Of a DNA stretch of 64,000 nucleotides, positions 39,691 through 50,949 are shown piece by piece. Below the pieces are notes generated by a model, which was not told the DNA's origin, did not search any database, and saw only the letters and a list, made by a program, of their open reading frames with translations. The DNA comes from Mobula hypostoma. Lineage: Eukaryota. The translations under genes were made by a program, and so were the position numbers. The DNA is taken from NCBI RefSeq assembly GCF_963921235.1, contig NC_086097.1, positions 240,004,001-240,068,000 on the forward strand, in the 5' to 3' direction. Within the stretch, counting starts at the first letter, position 1; the number at the start of each line of letters is the position of its first letter.

Positions 39691-40930
39691 ATGAATGACA
39701 CAGCACTAAATTGAACTGAACTGAACTACACTGAACATTCCTAGACTATTTCAAGGACTCTATAGTTTCACATTTAATATTCTGTGTGTTATTCACTCAT
39801 TTTTGCCGTTTGAGTGATTTGTTCTCCTTTTTGCACATTGTGTGTTTGATGTTTCCTTTGAATGCGTTCCATGGTGTTTCCTTGTTTCATGGCTGCCCGC
39901 GGGAAGGTGAATCTCAGGGCTGTATACTACATACATACTTTGATAATAAATGTTCTTTGATAAGGTTCCTAGCATTGCTTACACCACAAAATTATTTACT
40001 CCAAATTCACTTTAACCAACGCCTTGTAAGCCTTAACATAGCATCCTTGCTTTTATATTCTAGACCTTTGAAAATGAATGCTAAATTGTTTTTGCCCTCC
40101 TTGCAACTGGCTTAACCTGCAAGTTAACTTTTAGGCAATATAATTGAAAAGACTCCTATTTCATCAGTAATGATCTTCCTTCCTGCTGCAAGCTTGTTGC
40201 TTCTGGAAACCTCAATAGATCATGTTTGAATCAGAATCTGATGTATTATCACTGACAGAGGCCTCAAACCCCATTCTTGCCAATTCCTGTACCTAGGGGA
40301 TCACCATCATTGGTGCCTCCTGCCCACATGGAATTCCAATCCCGGAACACGCCAACGACTTGCTGACCTGTGGGCTACCAGCTCTGGTCCTTTCTGGTCC
40401 ACTGGTCCTTCACCCCCAAATCCATGTCACTGGCCTTTGAACACAGAGTGGAGGCCGAGACTCCAGCCTGACCTCTAATTCCACCTCATCACTGTCTATA
40501 AACACTAAACTGACTCCTCACTTGAATTAAAAATCTACTAGTTTGAGCCACAACCTTGATGTAAAAGAAAACTGAAAAAAGAGCAAGATACTGTTGTTGT
40601 ATTATAATGTTTTTGATCCAAGGTTCTTCAGAAGTCATGACTGAGGCATAAGACCGGTTGCTCATGGTTGTTTATTAAGCACTAAGAGTACAAAGGAACT
40701 GGGGAAGGAGAGTAGCAAGAGCAGAGACTCGTAGCGATGGCAAGAAAGAACAAAGTAAAGAAATAGAGCCAATGTGTTCTGCTTTTCTTATAACATAGAT
40801 AATAGATATTCTATTCAAAGTTTGTAGATAAGAATTAACCAATCAGATAGCCCCTGTAACCACTAGAAACACACTGAACAATTGCACATACATTAGTAAT
40901 TATATAAAATACAAACATAAGAAAGTTAAA

Positions 40931-42797
40931 CTTTTATACTTTATACTTTATTGTGTGACGAAAGACCAAGTTATCAGAAGATTGATGCCGATAAGAGGGA
41001 GACAATGGGGAAACATTCAAAATGCTAACAAGAGAGAGAGGAGAGAGATTAACGAAAAGAGACACAGTTCCGAGTATTGTCAGACTGGTTGCTTTGAACC
41101 TGAACTGTTTGAAGTTTGATGGACAGGCAATACCCCAGCAGGGGGATAAAAGGAACAGGTTCGCTAAGGCAAGACACACCACGACACCACGAGATAACGA
41201 GACCCTGGAAGTGCGTTGTGCCCCCCCCCCCACAAGTTGGTGGAAGTTTTGGGGGTCTGGTCGCGGGACCGACCATAGGCGCACAGGGTGGAAAGGTACA
41301 ATCGGTGGGAACCTGGTGTGTGTGTCCGCCCTTGCCTGGGTGCCGGGTTCACCGCAGAAGAACGATCGTATCCGGAACGGAGGGGTCTCAGTCGGTGACC
41401 TCAGAAGACATTACAAAGGGCTCGCCCGAAAGCTAACTGCGAGGAATATCAAAGGTCTGTTTGAATCTGATTTGAATATCATCATTCCCCCTCTCTCTCC
41501 CCTCTCTCCCCCCTCTCTTCCCCCCAACAGCGATTACTGCAAACTGAACTGAACTCTGCGTCACTTGAGACTGATCATTTTACCCCTAGACTGCGATAGA
41601 GCTTGATTGATCCTATTATTCTAGTTCTGTGTACATGTGTGTTTTATCGTTGCTAACCTGTTGAATTTATATCCTTACTATTAGAGTACTGTGTTACTTA
41701 TTTCTTTAATAAAACTTTCTTAGTTCCAGTAATCCAGACTCCAACTAAGTGGTCCATTTCTGCTGGTTTGGCAACCCAGTTACAGGGTACGTAACAATTG
41801 TCACCAAACAATTGATACTAGAGCGTATAATCATCACAGCGATATTTGATTCTGCACTTCGTGCTCCCTGGAGTACAAATCAATAGTAAATATTAAAAAT
41901 TTAAATTATAAATCATAAATAGAAAAGAGAAAGTAAGGTAGTGCAAAAAAACCGAGATGCAGGTCCAGATATTTGGAGGGTACGGCCCAGATCCGGGTTA
42001 GGATCCATTCAGCAGTCTCATCACAGTTGGAAAGAAGCTGTTCCCAAATCTGGCCATACAAGTCTTCAAGCTCCTGAGCCTTCTCCCGGAGGGAAAAGGG
42101 ACGAAAAGTGTGTTGGCTGGGTGGGTCGTGTCCTTGATTATCCTGGCAGCACTGCTCCGACAGCATGCGGTGTAAAGTGAGTCCACGGATGGAAGATTGG
42201 TTTGTGTGATGTGCTGGGCCGTGTTCACAATCTTCTGCAGCTTCTTCCGGTCTTGGACAGGACAACTTCCATACCAGGTTGTGATGCATCCTAGAAGAAT
42301 GCTTTCTACGGTGCATCTATAAAAATTAGTGAGGGTTTTAGGGGACAGGCCAAATCTCTTTAGCTTTTTCAGGAAGTGAAGGCGCTGGTGGGCCTTCTTG
42401 GCAGTGGACTCTGCTTGGTTGGACCAAGTAAGGTCATTTGTGATATTGACCCCGAGGAACTTAAAGCTTTTGACCTGTTCCACTTGCACACCACCAATGT
42501 AAATGGGGTTGTGCAGTCCACTACTGCTTCTGAAGTCAACAACCAATTCCTTCATCTTGCTGACGTTGTTGAGGGATAGGTTATTGTCTTCGCACCATGC
42601 CACCAGGTTCTTAATTTCTTATCTGTACTCAAACTCATCATTACCCGAGATACGACCTATAATTATGGTGTCATCAGCAAACTTGTATATTGAGTTCGAT
42701 GAAAACTTGGCTACACAATCTTGGGTGTACAGTGAGTATAGCAGGGGGCTGAGTACACAGCCTTGTGGTGCACCGGTGCTCAGAGTGATTGTAGAGG
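40931..42797 (-). mobile_element. Young Rex1-type LINE inserted in the ERV LTR
   Basis: ORF 41998..42603; TGAPQGCVLSP and KFADD upstream; (AAAGTAT)n tail; its 3' end is split by a solo LTR. Confidence 0.9.
40954..41796 (+). mobile_element. Solo LTR (843 bp) of a Gypsy- or ERV1-type element
   Basis: TGTGACG...CGTAACA inverted termini; 4-bp TSD ATTG at 40950-40953 / 41797-41800; empty site visible in the paralogous Rex1 at 14991-15010; AATAAA at 41708-41713. Confidence 0.88.
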
Positions 42798-42962
42798 AAC
42801 TGTAAGGAAATAATAATTATACAATCTAATCCATCATTCCCCATTTTGATTCTAAATCACCCGTTCAGAATCGTTAGATCTGAAAGTTCAGGGGCAGAAA
42901 AACTTGTGGTTCAGTGTAAAATAATCAAAAACTACCTAAGTTATTGAAATGTCAAAGAGTAT

Positions 42963-45900
42963 TCAGAGGGTTCTGTCGTTGTTGGGTAGATTGTCTTTGT
43001 AAATAGGCATACTTCTGTGAGTTTGAACTACTCTATTAATGATCACATTTACGCAAGTAAAAAAGTTGTTAATTATGATAAAGCATATCAGGATAAATAT
43101 CGTGACTTGTGACATTGAGTACCCCCAGCTAGAATCATTAACATATTGATGTATTTTGGTTGTTTCTTTATGAATGTGGTCAGCCAAATGAGTTATGTCC
43201 TCAAACTCGTCAGGTATGTAAGTACAACAGTCCTAGCTTATAATTGCACATGTTTCCCCTTAATTGCTAAGAGAAGAACTAATGCCATAAGATTTTGAAG
43301 AATCATCTTTTGCATGACAACTATTTCGAAGTGTGTGATATATATTGACATACCCAACAGCTAGAAACATTAATAGCATCAACAAATGCATGTGATACCC
43401 ACAAGTATACATTGTAAGTCATCTCAGTTGACACATTGTGAATAGGGAAAATTAGCAAAAATATAGCAACAATACAGGAGGGGCAGGAGGCTACGGGAGG
43501 GGCAGGACTGGCAGCTTAATATTCCAGGGTTCTGATGTTTCAGATGTGATCGAGGCAGAGGAATGAAAGGTGGGGGAGTAGCATTGCTTGTTAGGGAAAA
43601 TATTACAGCAGTGCTCAGGCAGGACAAATTAGAGGGCTTGTCTACTGAGTCCTCATGGGTGGAGCTGAGAAACAGGCCACATTAGTGGGATTGTATTACA
43701 GACCACCCAATAGTCAACGAGACTTGGAAGAGCAAATCTGCAGAGAGATGGCAGGCAACTGCAGGAAACATAAAGTTGTGGTGGTAGGGGATTTTAATTT
43801 TCCATACATTGATTGGGACTCCCATACTGTTAGGGGTCTAGATGGTTTAGAGTTTGTAAAATGTGTTCAGGAAAGTTTTCTAAATCAGTATATAGAGGGA
43901 CCAACTAGAGGGGATGCAATATTGGATCTCCTGTTAGGAAACAAATTAGGGCAAGTGACAGAAGTCTGTGTAGGGGAGCACTTTGGTTCCAGTGATCATA
44001 ACACCATTAGTTTCAATTTGATCATGGACAAGGATAGATCTGGTCCTAGGATTGAGGTTCTGAACTGGAAGAAGGCCAAATTTGAATAAATGAGAAAGGA
44101 TCTCAAAAGCGTGGATTGGGACAGGTTGTTCTCTGGCAAAGATGTGATTGGTAGGTGGGAAGCCTTCAAAGGGGAAAATTTGAGAGTGCAGAGTTTGTAT
44201 GTTCCTGTCAGGATTAAAGGCAAATTGAATAGGAATAAGGAACCTTGGTTCTCAAGGGATATTGCAACTCTGATAAAGAAGAAGAGGGAGTTGTATGAAA
44301 TGTATAGGAAATAGGGGTAAATCAGGTGCTTGAGGAGTATAAGAAGTGCAAGAAAATAGTTAAGAAAGAAATCAGGAGGGCTAAACGAAGACATGAGGTT
44401 GCCTTGGCAGTCAAAGTGAAGGATACTCCAAAGAGCTTTTACAAGTATGTTAAGAGCAAAAGGATTGTAAGGGATAAGATTGGTCCTCTTGAAGATCAGA
44501 GTGGTCGGCTTTGTGTTGAACCAAAGGAAATGGGGGAGATCTTAAATAGGTTTTTTGTGTCTGTATTTACTAAGGGAGCTGGCATGAAATCTATGGAATT
44601 GAGGGAATCAAGTAGTGAGACCATGGAAACTGTACAGATTGAAAAGGAGGAGGTGCTTGCTGTCTTGAGGAAAATTAAAGTGGATAAATCCCCGGGACCT
44701 GACAGTGTTCCCTCGGACCTTGAAGGAGTGTTGAAATTGCGGGGGCCCTGGTAGAAATATTTAAAATGTCGCTGTCTACGGGTGAAGTGCTGGAGGATTG
44801 GAGAGTGGCTCATGTTGATCCGTTGTTTAAAAAAGGATCGAAAAGTAATCCGGGAAATTATAGGCCGGTGAGTTTAACGTCAGTAGTAGGTAAGTTATTC
44901 GAGGGAGTACTAAGAAACAGAATCTACAAGCATTTGGATAGACAGAGGCTTATTAGGGAGAGTCAACATGGCTTTGGTCAAACATGACCTACCACGCACA
45001 ATCTATTGGAGTTTTTCGAGGAGGTTACCAGGAAGGTGAATGAAGGGAAGGCAGTGGATATTGTCTACATGGACTTCAGTCAGGCCTTTGACAAGGTCCC
45101 GCATGGGAGGTTAGTTAGGAGAATTCAGTCGCTAGGTATACATGGAGAGGTGGTAAATTGGATTAGACATTGGCTCAATGGAAGAAGCCAGAGAGTGGTG
45201 GTAGAGAATTGCTTCTCTGAGTTGAGGCCTGTGACTAGTGGTGTGCCACAGGGATCAGTGCTGGGTCCATTGTTATTTGTCAACTATATCAATGATCTGG
45301 ATGATAATGTGGTAAATTAGATGAGCAAGTTTGCTGATGATACAAAGATTGGAGGTGTAGTAGACAGTGAGGAAGGTTTTCAGAGCCTGCAGAGGGACTT
45401 GGACCAGCTGGAAAAATGGGCTGAAAAATGGCAGATGGAGTTTAATACTGACAAGTGTGAGGTATTGCACGTTGGAAGGACAAACCAAGGTAGAACATAC
45501 AGGGTTAATGGTAAGGCACTGAGGAGTGCAGTGGAACAGAGGGATCTGGGAATACAGATACAAAATTCCCTAAAAGTGATGTCACAGGTATATAGGGTCG
45601 TAAAGAGAGCTTTTGGTACATTGGCCTTTATTAATTGAAGTATTGAGTATAAGAGCTGGAATGTTATGATGAGGTTGTATAAGGCATTGGTGAGGCCGAA
45701 TCTGGAGTATTGTGTTCAGTTTTGGTCACCAAATTACAGGAAGGATATAAATAAGGTTGAAAGAGTGCAGAGAAGGTTTACAAGGATGTTGCCGGGACTT
45801 GAGAAACTCAGTTACAGAGAAAGGTTGAATAGGTTAGGACTTTATTCCCTGGAGCGTAGGAGAATGAGGGGAGATTTGATAGAGGTATATAAAATTATGA

Positions 45901-46268
45901 TGGGTATAGATAGAGTGAATGCAAGCAGGCTTTTTCCACTGAGGCAAGGGGAGAAAAAAACCAGAGGACATGGGTTAAGGGTGAGGGGGGAAAAGTTTAA
46001 AGGGAGCATTGGGGGGGCTTCTTCACACAGAGAGTGGTGGGAGTATGGCATGAGCTGCCAGACGAGATGGTAAATGCGAGTTCTTTTTTAACATTTAAGA
46101 ATAAATTGGACAGATACATGGATGGGAGGTGTATGGAGGGATATGGCCTGTGTGCAGATCAGTAGGACTAGGCAGAAAATGGTTCGGCACAGCCAAGAAG
46201 GTCCAAAGGGCCTGTTTCTGTGCTGTAGTTTCTATGGATCTAATAAATAATATTAGAATAAACTACAT
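42963..46268 (-). pseudogene. env: Retroviral env remnant (gamma-type), split by CR1 43476-46240 and internally deleted
   Basis: Manual translation: M*FILILFI|SIVAIFLLIFP signal, NVSSCWVC, MILQNLMALVLLLA (ISD-like), CAIIS*DCC (CX6CC) TYIPD, TM segment VTIFILICFIII. Confidence 0.85.
43476..46240 (+). mobile_element. CR1 ORF2 (endonuclease + RT + 3' UTR), few lesions
   Basis: GLYYRPPN, VVGDFNFP, GSSDHN (43655..44089); RT ORFs 44326-46073; tttctatg tail. Confidence 0.93.
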
Positions 46269-46301
46269 AATATCCAGTAGCTATCAACTCTACTTGAAGA
46301 C

Positions 46302-47068
46302 TTCAAAGGTTTCAAAGGCACATTTAATGTCAGAGAAATATATACAATATATATCCTGAAATACCTTTCCTTCACAACCATCCACAAAAACAGAGGCGTG
46401 CCCCAAAGAATGAATGACAGTAAAATGTTAGAACCCCAAAGTGTCCCCCAGCTCTCCTCCCTCCTGTGCATAAGTGGCAGCAAGCAACAACCCTCCGTTC
46501 CCCACCCCCGGGCAAAAAAATACATTGGCAGCCACCACCGAGCACTCCTGCATGAGCAAAACAATAGCAAAGATACAGATTTGCACTTACCCCAAAGACT
46601 TTGTGTTTCACCCAGTATTCAACATACCACAGGCTCTCTCTCTCTCTCCCTAATAAGGGAGTAAGAGGTGTTTCCATTTTCCCAGCGAGCAGGGAGATGT
46701 ATTAAACAACTCACTGGTTTACGATGTTAAAAGTCCATTATGTTGCCTTTATCGAGCTCTGTGCCCAAAGATCTGGGCACACAGCTGTACATATTCCGAC
46801 TCCCCTGATGACACACGGGTCTCCTGCCATGACACCGACCTTCGATCCGCCCGTCTCCAGAGCTCCAAGGTCCTACGCCCCCAAGGCCATGCTGGACTCT
46901 TAGGCCGAGCCCTTGGCGTGCTGAACAACACCACTCCCATTCCCGCAAAGAGCCAGGTCAGGGTCTTCAAAAGATATCTGAAAGGGAAAAATAAAGATAT
47001 CAAAGAGCCTGTTTCCAAAGATGCAAGCAAAGGAATCGCTGTTTAACACCATCATCACTCCGCTTCAC
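46302..47068 (-). mobile_element. Non-autonomous LINE-tailed element inserted between ERV pol and env
   Basis: Rex1-like 3' tail (ATTAAA then tttgaaacctttgaa on minus); 5' gatgatggtg; no coding homology. Confidence 0.55.
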
Positions 47069-47179
47069 CTGGTGGCTTGTTAGTGATTTGCCACTGTAAC
47101 CCAGCAGTGTAGGCATTGCTCGCAAGAGGTTACTGGCACATTAACCACAACACATGAGCCCTCGTCAGGTCCCACTTTA

Positions 47180-49180
47180 GCTCCCTTGCCATGGCTGGCG
47201 TGCATCCATTTACTTTTACCTTTTACTTTCACTGCTGACTTGGTAACTGACAATACTTGATCAGGACCATCCTACTGAGCTCTCAGTGGCTCCTTATGTG
47301 GTTTCATATTCAGAACACGCTCACCAGGAATCGGTGTGTCCTTCTGGTCAGATCACTTCAAGGCCGAAACCTGTTGAGAAGCAGACTGTACAGCATGGGT
47401 TAATTTCACACCACAGTTAACTGAAATGTCTGCCATACTGTGTATATCAGCCTCTTTGAGTTCGAGAGCTCCAGGTAGTTACGTAGGACGTCCTGGTACC
47501 ACGTCGAATGGATTTAGTTTAGTTTACTTGTTTGGGGTTGCCCTGATGCTAAATAAGTCCATAGGAAGAGATGTAAGCCATGGTACACCTTCCTCATGAT
47601 ACTTAGTCAGTTGTTGATTGATGGCTTCATTCATTTGTTTGACTTGTCTTGAAACTCTGGGTGACCTGGACAATGGAACGGCCATTCGACGTTCATCAGT
47701 TGATATAATTCCTGACAAATACCCCAGTGAAATGTGCTCATTAGTCAGAGTCAATGTGACATGGAAATCCCCATCTAGAAATATAGTCCTTGATCAGAAT
47801 TTTTGCTGTGTGTGTGTGCAACAATGACTTTTCTTGCTGGAATGGCTTCTGTTACCAGTATGCCTGAGTATCCTTGACACTTCGTCAGAGTAATGTAGTC
47901 CAATTGTAAGTGTAAAAAAGGACCAAGTTGGGCAGGAACACTTAACTATGCTGGCTCTTCTACTGCTCCAAGATGTATTTTCTGGCATGTCCTGCATCTT
48001 TCAAATGTTTGTTGATGTTGTGCCCTGAACTTTGGATTCCACCACCATTGAGAGAATCTGTTCATCATCTTTTCCACTTCAACGTGTCCCAGGGAGTGTA
48101 TCTGTTCTGCCAAATAATGAAGCAATATAACTGGAGTTACTAGTCTATGATATGATCTCTATGCTCCAACACTGTTTAGTCTCCCACCATTTTCCATCCA
48201 GAACCACTTTTCCTGGTTAGAGCATTGAGCTTGCATTTCACAAATATCTTGTATGTTCGTCTGTGATACAGAGTCCAACTTTGTTTCCATAATTTCAGTT
48301 GTTGGGTTCACTGCATAGGTTCTTGGTACTTCCTTTAATTCTTTGACCTTTTTAACTTTTATTTCTTTTACCCCTCACTGTGTTGCCTTTTTTGCAATTT
48401 CATCCACAAATGAGTTTCCAGCTTTCCATTGTAGCAATTGCGGTGTTTTTTACATTTTAATACAGTTACTTCTGACGGCGATTGTATGGCATTCGGGAGT
48501 TCATGTACCGTTCTTGAGTAAGTTGATCATGAGTTGGCCATTTTTGATTGGGGTTCCTAGAACAGTACAGCATCCACTTTGGTTCTGTAAGTTTCCAGAA
48601 TCATGAACAACTCCATAGGCATATGGAGAATCTGTGTAGATATCAGTTGATCTTCCTTCTGCCAACTTACAGTTTTCAGTCAGAGCTTTCAGTTTTGCCT
48701 ATTGCTCAGGGGAATCAGGAACCATGCTTCCTGATATCAGCACTTCAATTTCAGAAACAACAACCCATCAAGCCATTCAAATTCCTTTCTCAATTGCTGA
48801 GGAGCCATTGGTGTACAGAATCAGACCTGGAATCAATAGAGGTGCCTCTTGGCAATAATTTTCATCATCATGGCATGTTATTATTCTTGTACAGTCATAG
48901 TCATCATAATCTTCCACGCCAATGGTAACTATGGAGCTAGATTCACTGAACTCACTCGTTCAGTGATGATATTAGGTGCCTCAAAAATGGTAGACAGTTT
49001 GGAGGATAGATAATCAAGCAAATAAATACATCATGTTCATGCTAGTCAGCAAACAGGACATGATCCAGGTTTTGAAAATAGTTGATAAATCTGCCACTAG
49101 AGGGATTAGATAGTCAATACACTGATTAGCAACCCGGTAATCCGCTGTCAGTCTCCTTTTGCAGGTTCCATCTCTAGTCC
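47180..49180 (-). pseudogene. pol: Retroviral pol remnant (RT N-terminal motif, RNase H, integrase)
   Basis: RLTADYRVANQC; LYTNGSS...IYTDSPYAYGVVHD...GTPIKNG...GNSFVDEIAK; HSLGH...CRTC; GPFLHLQLDYI; HIDSD**AHFTG; LFSIRATP; DGPDQVLSVTKSAVKVKGKSKWMHASH. Confidence 0.9.
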
Positions 49181-49622
49181 TGCAAGTCTTTACTTTCTTC
49201 TCCTTTATTGAAGCAAGACTTGACATAGCTGCCAATCCTGTTATTTCATTACGACATCCTCACTTGAGTCACTGGAGGCTGCTCTAGAGTCCATGTCATG
49301 TCAATGCTCTAACTCCTCAGAGTTCGGATGGTGGCGCTGTGTAAGAGGACTGTGCAACGTAGGGAGTGTTTCCCAGGAAGAAGCATCATTGGCAGGACTA
49401 CCCGCTTGAGGTCCGTGATTAGCTTTCTTATCCTGCTTTAGTTTGCTTCTTAGCTCCATGCAATACACTTTGATCCAATTGCACTTATCATGATGTTTTT
49501 CCACTCATTCAGTTGATGTAAAAACTTATCTTTAAGAGATTTTACTGTCTATCATATTGTTTTTTGTAGTTCAACACAGCTTCCGCTTTTCTGTCCCGAC
49601 TGATGAGTTAACTTCTTTACTT

Positions 49623-50949
49623 TTCTACTATAAGCCTACTGACTCTCACAGCTATCTGGACTATTCCTCTTCTCACCCTGTCTCTTGCAAAAACGCCATC
49701 CCCTTCTCGCAATTCCTCCGTCTCCGCCGCATCTGCTCTCAGGATGAGGCTTTTCATTCTAGGACGAGGGAGATGTCTTCATTTTTTAAAGAAAGGGGCT
49801 TCCCTTCCTCCACTATCAACTCTGCTCTTAAACGCATCTCCCCCATTTCACGTACATCTGCTCTCACTCCATCCTCCCACCACCCCACTAGGAATAGGGT
49901 TCCCCTGGTCCTCACCTACCACCCCACCAGCCTCCGGGTCCAACATATTATTCTCCGTAACTTCCGCCACCTCCAACGGGATCCCACCACTAAGCACATC
50001 TTTCCCTCCCCCCCCCCCGCATTCCGCAGGGATCGCTCCCTACGCAACTCCCTTGTCCATTCGTCCCCCCATCCCTCCCCACTGATCTCCCTCCTGGCAC
50101 TTATCCGTGTAAGCGGAACAAGTGCTACACATGCCCTTACACTTCCTCCCTTACCACCATTCAGGGCCCCAAACAGTCCTTCCAGGTGAGGCATCACTTC
50201 ACCTGTGAGTCGACTGGGGTGATATACTGCGTCCGGTGCTCCCGATGTGGCCTTTTATATATTGGTGAGACCCGACGCAGACTGGGAGACCGCTTTGCTG
50301 AACATCTACGCTCTGTCCGCCAGAGAAAGCAGGATCTCCCAGTGGCCACACATTTTAATTCCACATCCCATTCCCATTCTGACATGTCTATCCACGGCCT
50401 CCTCTACTGTAAAGATGAAGCCACACTCAGGTTGGAGGAACAACACCTTATATTCCGTATGGGTAGCCTCCAACCTGATGGCATGAACATTGACTTCTCT
50501 AACTTCCGCTAGGCCCCACCTCCCCCTCGTACCCCATCTGTTACTCTTTTTTATGCACACATTCTTTCTCTCACTCTCCTTTTTCTCCCTCTGTCCCTCT
50601 GAATATACCTCTTGCCCATCCTCTGGGTCACCCCCCCCCCTCCGTCTTTCTTCCCGGACCTCCTGTCCCATGATCCTCTCGTATCCCCTTCTGCCTATCA
50701 CCTGTCCAGCTCTCGGCTCCATCCCTCCCTCTCCTGTCTTCTCCTATCATTTTGCATCTCCCCCTCCCCCTCCAGCTTTCAAATCCCTTACTCACTCTTC
50801 CTTCAGTTAGTCCTGACGAAGGGTCTCGGCCTGAAACGTCGACTGCGCCTCTTCCTATAGATGCTGCCTGGCCTGCTGCGTTCACCAGCAACTTTGATGT
50901 GTGTTGCTTGAATTTCCAGCATCTGCAGAATTCCTGTTGTTTGCGTTTA
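49623..50949 (+). mobile_element. Penelope-like element (Neptune-type): RT C-terminus, GIY-YIG endonuclease and terminal repeat
   Basis: YYKPTDSHSYL...SQFLRLRRICS; CKRNKCYTC linker; VIYCVRCSRCGLLYIGETRRRLGDRFAEH; 13-bp TSD AACTTCTTTACTT at 49610-49622 / 50950-50962. Confidence 0.93.
50809..50844 (+). ncRNA. Minimal type I hammerhead ribozyme motif, best-preserved copy
   Basis: AGTC-CTGACGA-A-GGGTCTCGGCCT-GAAA-CGTC-GACT; stem I AGTC/GACT; predicted cleavage after C50840. Confidence 0.7.

Larger units (their letters stand above)
40592..42836 (-). repeat. ERV 3' LTR (~375 bp after removing the Rex1 insertion at 40931-42797)
   Basis: On the minus strand, PPT-like AAAATGGGGAA (42837-42847) is followed by TGATG...CAACA termini; TATAA at 40788-40792; AATAAA at 40671-40676. 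Confidence 0.65.

Noticed and set aside
41022..41552. 176-aa ORF inside the solo LTR as an accessory gene
   Set aside because: No recognisable domain; ends in low-complexity sequence; consistent with chance in LTR DNA
40954..41796. Solo LTR as the LTR of the adjacent ERV
   Set aside because: Opposite orientation, its own TSD inside a younger Rex1, and not adjacent to the PPT
42963..43187. Domesticated (syncytin-like) env gene
   Set aside because: Upstream stop codons, frameshifts, a large deletion and a CR1 insertion in the signal peptide
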